Of a stretch of DNA of 50,475 bases, positions 1 to 10,300 are shown one piece after another. Each line of letters begins with the position of its first letter. The first letter of the stretch is position 1. Location of the stretch: positions 1-50,475 of the forward strand of contig PFGG01000053.1 in assembly GCA_002783405.1 (NCBI GenBank), written 5' to 3'. The notes under the pieces were generated by a model. That model saw nothing but the letters and a program-made list of their open reading frames with translations. It ran no database searches and had not been told where the DNA came from. The translations under genes and the position numbers were made by a program. The DNA comes from a bacterium (Candidatus Blackallbacteria) CG13_big_fil_rev_8_21_14_2_50_49_14 (GTDB taxonomy: Bacteria; Cyanobacteriota; Sericytochromatia; UBA7694).

Positions 1-408
1 AATAGTTTAGTCACTTTACAGAGTACGCCCACTTCTTTGGAATTTCAAAATCTCCGAAACTACAGTTTTTCTATCGAAAGAGAGGTGGTTCAAAAGGGAA
101 AGCAGAGTTACCAGAAGGTCTATGGTCTGACTAACTTATCCCCTCAAGAAGCTGATGCGCAAAAGATTTTATCGCTAAATCGAGGCCATTGGAGTGTGGA
201 AAACAAATCTCATTGGGTCAGAGATGTCGTGTATCGAGAAGATCATAGCCAAATTCGTGTAGGGGTTTTGCCTCAAGTGATGGCTATTTTCAGAAATTTG
301 GCTATTGCCCTCATCAAAACCTCTGGACAGTCCGTTACAAAGGCAAATCGATTGTATGCCACCAATCACTGCCTTTCTCTTGAACTTTTATTCCAGAGAA
401 TTAAATAG
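1..408 (+). mobile_element. 3' portion of an ISAs1-family (H-repeat-associated) DDE transposase gene; the ORF is open to the window edge, so the element continues upstream of the window
   Basis: Translation RGHWSVENKSHWVRDVVYREDHSQIR ... AIALIK matches the conserved C-terminal HWxVEN / LHWxLDV block of ISAs1-family transposases. Frame 1 is open from position 1. Confidence 0.75.
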
Positions 409-1046
409 CCCGTCTTTTCCTTATGATATTCAGAACCTTGTTTAAATAAAATATAATCTCGTCTCAATAGATTTTGAATCTTAGGTGGAAAAACACTCAG
501 AAATCTTTCAATCTCATTGGGGGAAACCGAACTGCCCCAAAGCAAGCTCATTTTCCAAAATCCAACTTCTTGAAAATTTACAAAAGGAAATACAGGCTCC
601 ATTTGAGCAAGCGATAATTCCAAATTAAGATGGTATTTCATTTCGTCTGAAAAAGGGATGCCCCTTGAAATGAGAAACTGAAGAGGAGAATTAGAATGAC
701 TAAAAAAAGCTTCAGAATACAACAAAAAAATATCTAAATCAGTAAGGGAATTTTGAAAAAAAATAAAATAGTCTTCAAAACTATCGGGAGCAGAATGAAT
801 GGTTTTAAATAGAAAATCGTAGTGTAGTTTACGCTCAGAAGTTTTTTTTGGAAATTGATGGGCATCAAACTCCTTTTTAAGATCTTCTAAATAAACCTGT
901 TTTAAACTTTTTTTAGAATTTGAAACATCTGAAGCTTGAGTTTGACCGCTTGGTATGAGTGAAAGTAAACTATTGGATAAATAGGGAAGATCATCACCAC
1001 AGGCACTGAGCAGAAAAATAGTAAAACCAAGAAGTGTTTTTTTCAT
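366..1046 (-). CDS. Hypothetical lipoprotein (about 226 aa) encoded in the AT-rich island. Its last ~14 codons overlap the IS transposase 3' end
   Basis: Six-frame ORF 366..1076 on the minus strand. The preferred start is the ATG at 1046, preceded by AGGAGA. The N-terminus MKKTLLGFTIFLLSACGDD is a lipoprotein signal with a lipobox Cys. Strong AT-rich codon usage. Confidence 0.55.
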   Translation of the reverse strand: MKKTLLGFTIFLLSACGDDLPYLSNSLLSLIPSGQTQASDVSNSKKSLKQVYLEDLKKEFDAHQFPKKTSERKLHYDFLFKTIHSAPDSFEDYFIFFQNSLTDLDIFLLYSEAFFSHSNSPLQFLISRGIPFSDEMKYHLNLELSLAQMEPVFPFVNFQEVGFWKMSLLWGSSVSPNEIERFLSVFPPKIQNLLRRDYILFKQGSEYHKEKTGYLILWNKSSRERQ

Positions 1047-1072
1047 AATTTCTCCTGAAAAAACTTGAATTT

Positions 1073-3163
1073 TCATGGCGTCCTATTTTCAGTTTTGATA
1101 CGACCATAACGAATAGTATTCTTTGTAAAATCTGGGATAAAAAAATAAGGAAAACTCAACAATTGCTCATTAAGGTTTAGCCAAAAATGATGTACAAGCT
1201 GAGGAAACTTAGGATTCGAAATATCCAGCTCGTAATAAATTCCACCATAATGGTTAGAATCCACTGATAAAACAAAAAGTTTTTGATTAAAAAATTGAAT
1301 TTTTGCAGAAAAATATTTATTTGTTGACTTTTCTTTTTTATCTCTTAGAGTAAAGTTCTCGATCGACCATCGGGAAAGTAATTTTGGATTTGAGTAATTT
1401 TCAAGCGAATAAATTTCGAGAAAACCTTGGTTGATATTGTATAATAAATTCGAATAAATTATAGCAGCTTGGCTTTTAATTTTTTTATCAAACTTTATAA
1501 ATTGATTATTTTTAAGCAATGCTATCAAATATGGAACCGCATATCTTGTCTCATATTCTTCTAATAAAACCGCCTCTTTAGCATTTATTAAAACTAAATT
1601 ATTTGATTTTTGCGTAAGATTAAATTCTTGAGTGGGTTCATTGGTCTCAATATTTTGAAAGGACAGCTTATCTTCTGAGATTATCCGATACAAGTAAGGA
1701 TAGAAAAAAATTGAGTCACCCTGAATATCCCAACTGAAAATATACATATTCGTATCAAATTCTTTGATAGAATCCAGTTGATTAGCATTTATCTTATATA
1801 AATTGATTTTTTTTTGATTCTTAATCGTCAAAAGATAGGGTTTACTCCAATAAAGTGCATCAACGCTTTCTGAAAAATGATGTTTAAGGTATAGAGAAGG
1901 AGAAGGGCTCTCAGGAGATAAGGAATAAAACTGAACTTGCTTATCTGAAAGAAGAATGAGATCATCATCATATAGAATGCGCTTAAAGGGTTCATCCTGA
2001 TAAACCACAAAGGGCTCAGTTTCCCCTGGCTTTTGATGATTCAACAGAACCGCTTTCATCTGATTCTCAGGGGTAATATAATAAAAGCCATTTGGCAAAG
2101 AAAAACTATCAATCCCAAAATCTTTTTGAGGAATCGTCTGCTCCCATAAAATTTTATCCTCAAAGGAATCCACCTTAAGAAAAACACGCTTATCATCTTC
2201 ATTTCTTGAAACCAGTAATGAATGATTGTTTAATTTCATTCGAAGGGGAGATTTCAGTGGAATTGAACTTTTCTTAATATAATTTGAGTTCGCATTGAGA
2301 TCACTCTTTACATAGATAGAGAGTTCCGTATCCCCAAGTTGAAATATATGATCTTGATCCACTAGAACGTTATATTTCCAATCATTCGCAAACTCTTTAC
2401 CACCATCATTAGAATTACCACCATTTTCAAAACGAATAATTTCTTGAGGAGAATTACCAAAAATATCAAAAAAATTTGCTTTATCTGAATATTTAAAATT
2501 ATTTTTCCAAAGTTCGAGCTTATTATCTAAGTAATAAAAGAAAACAAATTGTTCATTTACACTGAGATATAGACAATTTTGAGCAGGAAATTCATCAACA
2601 AAACGCAATTTTCCCGAAACAAAAATAGAAAGATATTGTTTACTATCAATAATATGCAAAACATAGACGGTTTTATCATAGGCTGCCCAAGAAAGCGTAG
2701 AAGTAGGAAGCGCTTGCTGCATTTCAAGTTCAAGTTTTCCAGACGCATTTTTATGATAGCTGGAAATAAATTCCTGTTTGTCAACTCCAGTTTTAAGTCG
2801 AACATAAATATTTTGATTCAAAATACGAATTTCAACAGGTTCACCAGATAAGGAATGTATCTCTTTCGGAAGCTTTTCAAACTCAAGTACGTCACGCTGA
2901 AATGCATCGACAGGAAAAACCCACAATTTATTGTTTCGATCACCCAGATACAAATGCGTATCATCTACAGCAGAAGTTGAAAATCTGGGTGACAATGAAA
3001 CAAATTCCAAAGTACTGGATTCATCTAAAGAACTAAAATTTGTTTGAAAATGAACTGTGCAAGCCAGCAAAAAACAAAATAACAGGAGTAAAAAAAAGAC
3101 ATATTTTGTTTTTTTGATTAAATTAAATAGATTTATATTCATTATTATCAGGTATAAATTCAA
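1073..3163 (-). CDS. Hypothetical large lipoprotein or secreted protein (696 aa), AT-rich island
   Basis: Long uninterrupted ORF. The N-terminus has a hydrophobic segment followed by LLAC (a lipobox-like Cys). No recognisable catalytic motif. GC is much lower than the window average. Confidence 0.6.
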   Translation of the reverse strand: MNLYLIIMNINLFNLIKKTKYVFFLLLLFCFLLACTVHFQTNFSSLDESSTLEFVSLSPRFSTSAVDDTHLYLGDRNNKLWVFPVDAFQRDVLEFEKLPKEIHSLSGEPVEIRILNQNIYVRLKTGVDKQEFISSYHKNASGKLELEMQQALPTSTLSWAAYDKTVYVLHIIDSKQYLSIFVSGKLRFVDEFPAQNCLYLSVNEQFVFFYYLDNKLELWKNNFKYSDKANFFDIFGNSPQEIIRFENGGNSNDGGKEFANDWKYNVLVDQDHIFQLGDTELSIYVKSDLNANSNYIKKSSIPLKSPLRMKLNNHSLLVSRNEDDKRVFLKVDSFEDKILWEQTIPQKDFGIDSFSLPNGFYYITPENQMKAVLLNHQKPGETEPFVVYQDEPFKRILYDDDLILLSDKQVQFYSLSPESPSPSLYLKHHFSESVDALYWSKPYLLTIKNQKKINLYKINANQLDSIKEFDTNMYIFSWDIQGDSIFFYPYLYRIISEDKLSFQNIETNEPTQEFNLTQKSNNLVLINAKEAVLLEEYETRYAVPYLIALLKNNQFIKFDKKIKSQAAIIYSNLLYNINQGFLEIYSLENYSNPKLLSRWSIENFTLRDKKEKSTNKYFSAKIQFFNQKLFVLSVDSNHYGGIYYELDISNPKFPQLVHHFWLNLNEQLLSFPYFFIPDFTKNTIRYGRIKTENRTP

Positions 3164-3386
3164 AAATGAATTATTAAATATATTTCGTAAAAATAATTTC
3201 AGCAGCGAATATCTAGTAGAACAAAAAGGAAATAAGCGTCCCTTTCTTGTGGGCCAAAAACGGCTTCTGGACTTGCTAAAGGAGCCTGCATATCTGGACG
3301 GGAACTTCCACCGTATTGTACTAGCTTATAGGCATCAGCCCCTATAGTTTCTCATTCTTCTGAAAAAATGGCAATCAAAAGATCGG

Positions 3387-5573
3387 CTATATATTGGGCT
3401 TAACACGACTGACCGGTTTCCAACGGCGCAGGAGCAAGGCATTGCTGACCACACTCACACTGCTGAAAGCCATCGCCGCTCCCGCCAGCATGGGGTTGAG
3501 CAACCCGAGGGCGGCAAGTGGAATTCCCAGCAGATTATAGAAAAAGGCCCAGAAAAGATTCTGGCGAATTTTGGCATAGGTGCGCCGTGAAATATCCAAG
3601 GCATCGGGAATCAGAAGGGGCTCCCCACGCATCAGGGTCATGCCTGCGGTCTGCATCGCCACATCGGTGCCCGTTGCCATCGCCAGGGCAATATCGGCCT
3701 GGGCCAATGCCGGTGCATCGTTAATGCCATCGCCCACCATGGCCACCACTTCTTTTTGAGCTTGCAGGGCCTGAAGAATTTCAGACTTCTGACCAGGCAG
3801 CACCCCGGCATAAAACGTACTGATCCCCAGACTATCAGCCAGACTTTTCGCCGCTCCGGCATTGTCTCCGGTAATCAAGACCGTTTTGATGCCCAAACGC
3901 TTCAATTCAGCCAAGGTTTGGGCCGAACTGGGACGGGCCAAATCGGCAAAGCCCAAAATAGCAAAAACTTCACGCTGGCCTTCACAGGCCAGACCAGAGG
4001 TGCTCAACCCCTCAGCCTGCCAGCTTTCTAACTGGGTCTGAAAAGAGGAAAGCTCAAAACCAGATTCTTCAAGCCAGGCAGGATTGCCTAAAAACCAGTT
4101 CTGGCCCTTGATCTGACCGGATAAGCCTTTGCCGGCCTGGGTGCGAATCTGCTCAGCCTGGGGCAGATCCAACCCTTCAGCCCTGGCGCGCACGGCCTCG
4201 GCCAGCGGATGGGCGCTGCCCTGTTGCAAAGCTGCAGCCAGAGCCAAAATTTCAGATTCAGGTGCCTGGCCTGCAATCTGCGTCAATTGTGGGCGGCCTT
4301 CGGTCAGGGTGCCCGTTTTATCAAAGGCCATGACCGTGGCTTTGTGGGCGATTTCAAGGGCTTCAGCGTCTTTGATCAAAATTCCGGCTTGGGCCGCCAA
4401 CCCCGTCCCCACCATGATCGCGGTGGGGGTTGCCAAGCCCAATGAACAGGGACAGGCAATCACCAAAACAGAAACTGCGTGGATCATCGCCGTTTCAAAG
4501 GGAGCTCCCAAAAACAACCAGACCCCAAAGGTCAAGCCCGCTATGGCAAGCACAACCGGCACAAAAACAGCACTGATTTTATCCACCAAACGTTGAATCG
4601 GCGGTTTCACGGCCTGGGCATGCTCCACCATGGCAATAATTTTCGAGAGCAGGGTATCCTGGCCCAAAGCCGTGGTTCGGATCTCCAATAGCCCATCTAA
4701 ATTCATGGCCCCCCCTGTCAGCTTCTCTTCAGGGCCACGGGCCACAGGCATGGACTCGCCGGTAATCAAAGATTCATCGACCAGACTTTCCCCTTTGAGA
4801 ATCACGCCATCCACCGGAATCCGCTCGCCAGGGCGAACCAAAACGGCATCTCCCAAACGCACTTCGGCCAAAGGAATCACCGTTTCCACCCCCTTGCGCA
4901 AGACCCGTGCGGTATCTGGTCGCAAAGACTCAAGCGCCCGAATTGCATCGGTAGTTTGGCGTTTGGCTCGGGCTTCAAGGTGTTTTCCCAAGAGAATCAG
5001 GGTAATTACCACCGCCGAACTTTCAAAATAGAGATGATCCAGCTTGCCCTGCAAGAGTTCATACAGGCTCAAGCCCCAGGCGGCGGAGGTGCCCAAAGCC
5101 ACCAGCAGGTCCATATTGCCGGTACGGGATTTGAGCGCTTTATAGGCTCCCCGGTAAAAACGGGCCCCCAACCAGAATTGCACAGGGCTGGCCAAAAGCA
5201 ATTGCAGCCAACCGGGCAGCATCCAGTGTATCCCCAGCGGCATCAGCAGCATGGGCAGCATCAAAGGCAGACTGAAGGCGACCGCCAGCCAAAAGTGTAA
5301 GAAGGTGGGATCTTTTTTTTCGCTTCTGGGAACCGGCTTTTCAGGGTTCAAGCGTTGGGCGTCAAAGCCTGCGTCTTCTACGGCTTCAATCAAGAGAGCA
5401 GGGTCGAGCACCTGCGAGGTCATTACACGGGCTTTTTCAGTCGCCAGATTGACTTCCACGCTGACCACGCCCGGCACGCGCAAAATAGCTTTTTCGACAT
5501 TGAGGACACAGGAAGCACAGGTCATGCCCTCGATCGCAAGTTGGGTTTCAGACATCGTTTCCAGCTCAGACAT
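3387..5573 (-). CDS. copA: Copper-translocating P1B-type ATPase
   Basis: N-terminal HMA domain with GMTCASC. Also the CPC transmembrane metal site, the DKTGTLT phosphorylation motif, GDGINDAP, and the TGES-like actuator region. 728 aa. Confidence 0.95.
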   Translation of the reverse strand: MSELETMSETQLAIEGMTCASCVLNVEKAILRVPGVVSVEVNLATEKARVMTSQVLDPALLIEAVEDAGFDAQRLNPEKPVPRSEKKDPTFLHFWLAVAFSLPLMLPMLLMPLGIHWMLPGWLQLLLASPVQFWLGARFYRGAYKALKSRTGNMDLLVALGTSAAWGLSLYELLQGKLDHLYFESSAVVITLILLGKHLEARAKRQTTDAIRALESLRPDTARVLRKGVETVIPLAEVRLGDAVLVRPGERIPVDGVILKGESLVDESLITGESMPVARGPEEKLTGGAMNLDGLLEIRTTALGQDTLLSKIIAMVEHAQAVKPPIQRLVDKISAVFVPVVLAIAGLTFGVWLFLGAPFETAMIHAVSVLVIACPCSLGLATPTAIMVGTGLAAQAGILIKDAEALEIAHKATVMAFDKTGTLTEGRPQLTQIAGQAPESEILALAAALQQGSAHPLAEAVRARAEGLDLPQAEQIRTQAGKGLSGQIKGQNWFLGNPAWLEESGFELSSFQTQLESWQAEGLSTSGLACEGQREVFAILGFADLARPSSAQTLAELKRLGIKTVLITGDNAGAAKSLADSLGISTFYAGVLPGQKSEILQALQAQKEVVAMVGDGINDAPALAQADIALAMATGTDVAMQTAGMTLMRGEPLLIPDALDISRRTYAKIRQNLFWAFFYNLLGIPLAALGLLNPMLAGAAMAFSSVSVVSNALLLRRWKPVSRVKPNI

Positions 5574-5603
5574 CGTTTCCTCCAGAATTCAGTCCCCATC
5601 CAA

Positions 5604-5623
5604 TTATACCCTTGCGGGTATAA
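5604..5623. promoter_or_regulatory. Perfect palindrome TTATACCC-TTGC-GGGTATAA in the copA/copZ divergent intergenic region; candidate copper-repressor operator
   Basis: Two 8-bp inverted arms with a 4-bp spacer, 31 nt upstream of the copA start and about 100 nt upstream of the copZ-like start. The TACCC...GGGTA core resembles CsoR-type operators. Confidence 0.5.
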
Positions 5624-5724
5624 AGTCTGTCACCCATCCTATCGGCAGACACGCCCGCCTGTGCGAAAATAGGAACAGGGATGCGAACCATGCATTTCGA
5701 TTTCAAATCAGGAGCCTTACTCAC

Positions 5725-5934
5725 ATGAACGATTTGACTTTTGCCGTCAGTGGACTGACCTGTCAGGGTTGCGTGCGCTCGGTCACCAAAGCCATTCAGA
5801 AATCTGATCCCCAAGCCCAAGTCGAGGTCAATCTTGACGAAATGAAACTGAAAGCCCAGACCCAATTGAGTGCCGCCGAACTGCAGGCCCGGATCGAAGC
5901 AGCGGGTTTCAGCGGCCACGAGATTGCGGTTTAA
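5725..5934 (+). CDS. copZ: Small heavy-metal-associated (HMA) domain protein, a CopZ-like metallochaperone (69 aa)
   Basis: An internal ATG at 5725 is preceded by GGAG. The translation MNDLTFAVSGLTCQGCVRSV carries a GLTCxxC metal-binding motif. The longer upstream extension of ORF 5251..5934 is not supported. Confidence 0.8.
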   Translation: MNDLTFAVSGLTCQGCVRSVTKAIQKSDPQAQVEVNLDEMKLKAQTQLSAAELQARIEAAGFSGHEIAV

Positions 5935-5951
5935 ACAGAATTTTTTTAGTC

Positions 5952-7316
5952 TCATTCAAAATCCTCAATCTGGTTGAGTAAACTATCCAGTTCAATCCGC
6001 GCTTGCTGGTAAAAATACCAAGCCTCGAGCTGTTTCAATTGTCCCGCCTGAAAACGGGCGAGCGCATCCAGGGTTTCAAGCAGAATGCCCTTTCCATGGG
6101 CCAGACGCAGGCGCGAAATATCCACTTCTTCCTGCAGATTGGCAAGCATCTTGCCTGCCAGTTGCAAGTTCTCTGTCTGGGTGATCAGTTTTTGGCGCAA
6201 CTGCAGCGCCTGAGCCCGCAAACGGTTTTGTAAGTCTGTATATTCTGCCAGACGTTGTCGGGCCTCTGCTTGGTAATTCTGAACCTGGGCATCGCGCTTA
6301 AAGCCATCAAAAACAGGCAGGGCAATCAAGAGATCCAGGGCCCCACCCGACGTCATCTGCATGGCAGGGTTTTCAGGAATCCGCTGTTCATAGACAGCCG
6401 CCAGATAGACAAAGGGAAAATAACTGGCCTGGGCCAAGCTGACGCGGGTCTCTGCTTCCTTGAGACGGGTTGCACGCATGGCCAGCTCAGGGGCATGTTC
6501 AAAGACCCAGCTCACCAAAACTTCAGCCTCTGGGGCTGGTGGAATTTTTTGTGGCAAGGCCAGCCCAGTCTCTGGAAGAGAGTCGGCTCCCGGCAAAATT
6601 CTTTGCAATTCCAAATTCAATTGAATCCTGCGCTCCTGCAATTGATTCAACTCCATTTCCAGCCCCTGAAGATCGCTTTGGCTGCGCAAAAGCAGATAGC
6701 GGGGAATTTTACCCAGTCTGAACTGCTCCTCGCTGAGCTGGTGCATTTCATCATGCCAATTGAAAAAACGCCTCAAGACCGCTTGCTGGGAATGGTTCCA
6801 AGCCAATTCCAAGAGATTCTGACGGGCTTCTTTCCACAGTTGCAGTTTTTGCTGCTGTAGTTGAAGATCTGCATTGCGTAGCGCAATCCGGGCCAATTCT
6901 ACTTCTGCCTGAATCTGGCCACCAGTATAGACCGGATAAAGCGCGGTCAGATTGAGATTGGCGCTGGCACCACTGGGACGCATACTCATATTCATGGGGT
7001 CAACCCCTGGTACGGGCAGAGACATGCGCTGCACATTGCTGGCTGTCAGTTGACTGTTGAGACTGAGCTGAGGCCAAAGCCGGGCTTCACTGAGCTTTAA
7101 ACGGGCCTGGGCAGCTTGAACCTGCTCTTGGGCCGCCAGCCATTCAGGATTCCGCGCCAGGTAAGCAAGCAATTTTTCAGGATTAAATACCGGCGTATCG
7201 GGTGCCTGTACAGGGCTGGAATGTCCTGTATGGGCTGGGGCAGCTTCTTCAGGCAGAGTCTGTACTGAAACGGGCAAAGCCAAACCCAAACAAAGCAGAA
7301 CTGTCAAAACTTTCAT
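5952..7316 (-). CDS. TolC-family outer-membrane efflux protein (outer-membrane factor of the HME-RND system)
   Basis: 454 aa with a signal peptide and long coiled-coil/alpha-barrel repeat regions typical of outer-membrane factors. The ATGA start overlaps the RND gene stop (7313..7316), indicating an operon. Confidence 0.85.
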   Translation of the reverse strand: MKVLTVLLCLGLALPVSVQTLPEEAAPAHTGHSSPVQAPDTPVFNPEKLLAYLARNPEWLAAQEQVQAAQARLKLSEARLWPQLSLNSQLTASNVQRMSLPVPGVDPMNMSMRPSGASANLNLTALYPVYTGGQIQAEVELARIALRNADLQLQQQKLQLWKEARQNLLELAWNHSQQAVLRRFFNWHDEMHQLSEEQFRLGKIPRYLLLRSQSDLQGLEMELNQLQERRIQLNLELQRILPGADSLPETGLALPQKIPPAPEAEVLVSWVFEHAPELAMRATRLKEAETRVSLAQASYFPFVYLAAVYEQRIPENPAMQMTSGGALDLLIALPVFDGFKRDAQVQNYQAEARQRLAEYTDLQNRLRAQALQLRQKLITQTENLQLAGKMLANLQEEVDISRLRLAHGKGILLETLDALARFQAGQLKQLEAWYFYQQARIELDSLLNQIEDFE

Positions 7317-10300
7317 GATTTTCTCCTTTGCCAGCGGCTGTGCAAATCATCCACCAGGGTATGCATCATGGGAATATCCCAAAGACTGAGCAGGGTACCC
7401 GCTAAAAGCCCGCCAATCACAACGGTAGCCAAGGGGCTGTAAGCATCCAGCCCTGTAGGCGGGGCCAGCGCAATGCGGGTCATGACCGCAATCGTAATCA
7501 GAGAGGTCATCAAAATCGGGCGCAGACGTTCGGGACAGGCCTGAATAACCGCCTGATCGCGAGGAAGACCTGTCTGCCGGGTGCGCAAAATATGGTCAAT
7601 CAACAAAATCGCAGTGGTAATATCCATGCCCGTTAAAACGATCACCGCCATAATCGAGACCGAGGAAAAAGCCTGATGGGCCAGAAAAAGCGCAAGAAAA
7701 ACACCACTCAATTCCAAAGGCAGCGAAAAAACCATCTGCAATGGCTGCAAAAAGCCTTTAAACTGTGCCACCAGAATTAAGAAAATCAAGAGCAGCGAAA
7801 GCGCCAAGCCCTGAAAGAGACGGGCAAAACTGTCCATCATCTGGGTCATGTCGCCACGCATTTCAATGCCGTAGCCCGGAGGCCAGTTGAGTTGCCCCAT
7901 GGCTTTCATCAGCACTTCCATAGAGGCATCCATCGAAGGTTTTTCACCGGGTCGGTAATAGGCAAGCACGGTATTGCTGCGGCGAATACCGTCATGTTCA
8001 ATCAACGTGGGAGTTTGACTGGGAGCGAGACGGGCCAGGCTTTTCAAAGGTACCGGGCCAGAAGGGGTTGAAATTTCAAGATTTTCAAGGTCACCCAAAC
8101 TGCGCCGTTGATCGGCTTGCAAACGCAATTGCAGCGTATCCTGCCTTTGATTGCTGAGATAAAAATCTTCTTCGCTCAAACTGCCGCGCAACAAACTGTC
8201 GAGTTGCTCGCCCAAATCTTTGAGACTGATCCCCACTTCCTGCAAACGGCGTAAATCGGGGGTGAGTTCCCAGGTCGGTACGCCCAGCGTCCAGGAGGTT
8301 CCCACCTGGTACAAACCTTCTGTTTTTTTGGCAATTTCAGCCACTTCACGGGTCAGTTGATCGATAATTTTTAAATCTTTGCCTGTCACCAGAATCGAAA
8401 TCGGGGCCTGAGAAGAGGCCATGACATCGGAACCCATTTCTTTGATCTGCAAACGGCGAATGCCTGGCACGGTCGCGAGTGCCCGTTCTTGAACCTCATC
8501 CATAATCTGCCAGATACTGCGCTGGCGCGTATCCTTATCGCTGAAGGTCAACATGATTGACGCGCCATTGACCCGGTTCATGGCATAGCCTGTAAAAAAG
8601 GTGCCTCCCGGTTCAGCCCCCAATTCCACAGAGGCTTTTTCAATTTCAGGATACTCCGCCAGAATTTCCTCAAAGGCCCGCACGATTTGCTCAGTACGTT
8701 CAAAAGAGGTTCCTGGCTGGGTTTCAAGCACCCCATAGGCCTGCCCCACATCTGCCAGTGGCATCATTTCACCGCCGATAAAAAAGAAAAAACCAAAACC
8801 GATCACGAGTGTTGCCAGCACGCGAATCAGATTGGAAAAACGGTGTTTGAGCAACCAGGCAATCCAAACAGCATAGCGTTTTTCTAAGCCATTCAGAAAA
8901 CGGTCAAAGGGATAGACCCCATAGCGATAAACAGGATGACGGGAAGGCGTCTCGGGTTCAGGTTTTAGCAGCTTATCGGCAAGAACCGCTGTCAGCGTCA
9001 TGGATACCAGAAATGAAATACTGACCCCGGTGACAATCGGCCAGACCAGCCCCTCAAACATGATCTGGACAATGCCCCCACAAAAAAGCAGGGGCAAAAG
9101 CCCGACAATCAAAACCAGGGTTGAAGCAGCCACAGACAAACGCACTTCGGAAATGCCATCAATCGTCGCTTCGCGCACGTTTTTGCCCAAGCGCAGGTGT
9201 TTCTGAATGGCATGGATATCAATGATCGCATCGTCTACCAGGCGGCCAATCGCCACCAAAAATCCGATCAGGGTTGAACTGTTCAGACTCATGCCCATGG
9301 GCACCATCACCAGAATCGAAAAGGCCAGCGAAATGGGCAGGGTGAGTATCGCAATGCCTGTGGCCTGTAAATTGCCATGCAGGAAAAAAAACACGGCAAG
9401 CGCTGTCAGCAGAATCCCAAGGATCAGTTCTTCCCCCATATTCTCCATCAGGATATTCACGAAATGGGCATTGTCATAGGCGGTTTCAAAACGCAGACTG
9501 GGATACTCCTGCTGCATAAGCTTCAGTTCTTTTTCAACCGCTGCAATCACCTTTGGCGAGCTGGCAGCAGGGTTTTGCACAATCTGAAGGGCCACTGCAT
9601 CTTCATAACGCTGGCCATTTTTAAGGAAATGAAAGGCACTGCGCTGCTCTCGCGCCGTATCTTTGACCTCTGCCAGATCTGCCAAAGTCAGCATTTGCTC
9701 GCCTTGCCCTTTGATCGGAAGTTTTAAGAGATCTTCTGGGCGCGAAACATGGTTTTGAATGCGAATCGGCGTTTCATGGGTGGGGGTATTGATTCGCCCC
9801 CCCGAAAGGGAAAGATTGTTGCGATCCAGAATAGCTTTCAATTCAGGGGCAGAGAGTTGGGCTGCCGCCAGTTTATGGCGGTCCAGCACAATCTGCATCT
9901 GGCGTTTTTTTCCCCCATAGGGATAAACCGATTGAATATCGGGGAGGCGTTTAAGGCGGTTGACCATTTCATTTTCAGCAAATTCACGCAGTGCAACGGC
10001 ATTCCAGTCGGGAGCCCGTATCGCCACGGTCAACACGGGAATATTCAAAGGGTCAATCGGAACGACCCAAGAGGGCTTGCGATTGGCCCCCGTGCCCGGT
10101 AAATCGGCCTGAACCACCTGCATTAAAGCCTGTACATCTGTCAGGGCTTTCTGCATATTCGTCCCATAGGGAAACTCCAAGGATACGATTGAAAACCCCT
10201 CCTGCGAACTTGAGCGGATATAGCGCACTTTGGGGATCACGGTCATGCGCTCTTCAATCGGTTTGGAGTAATACTGTTCGATTTCAAGCGCAGATAAGCC

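Noticed and set aside
3057-3347. 96-aa plus-strand ORF
   Set aside because: It overlaps the 5' end of the 696-aa minus-strand gene. It is lysine- and arginine-rich AT-tract translation with no RBS, so it is probably spurious.
5251-5724. Upstream extension of the copZ-like ORF, giving 227 aa
   Set aside because: The extension overlaps the copA coding region on the opposite strand and has no domain. The internal ATG at 5725 has an RBS and yields a canonical 69-aa HMA protein.
3518-5955. Multiple 60-230-aa ORFs antisense to or overlapping copA and copZ
   Set aside because: These are GC-rich antisense frames inside a well-supported P-type ATPase gene. They are Arg/Pro/Gly-rich with no starts or RBSs.
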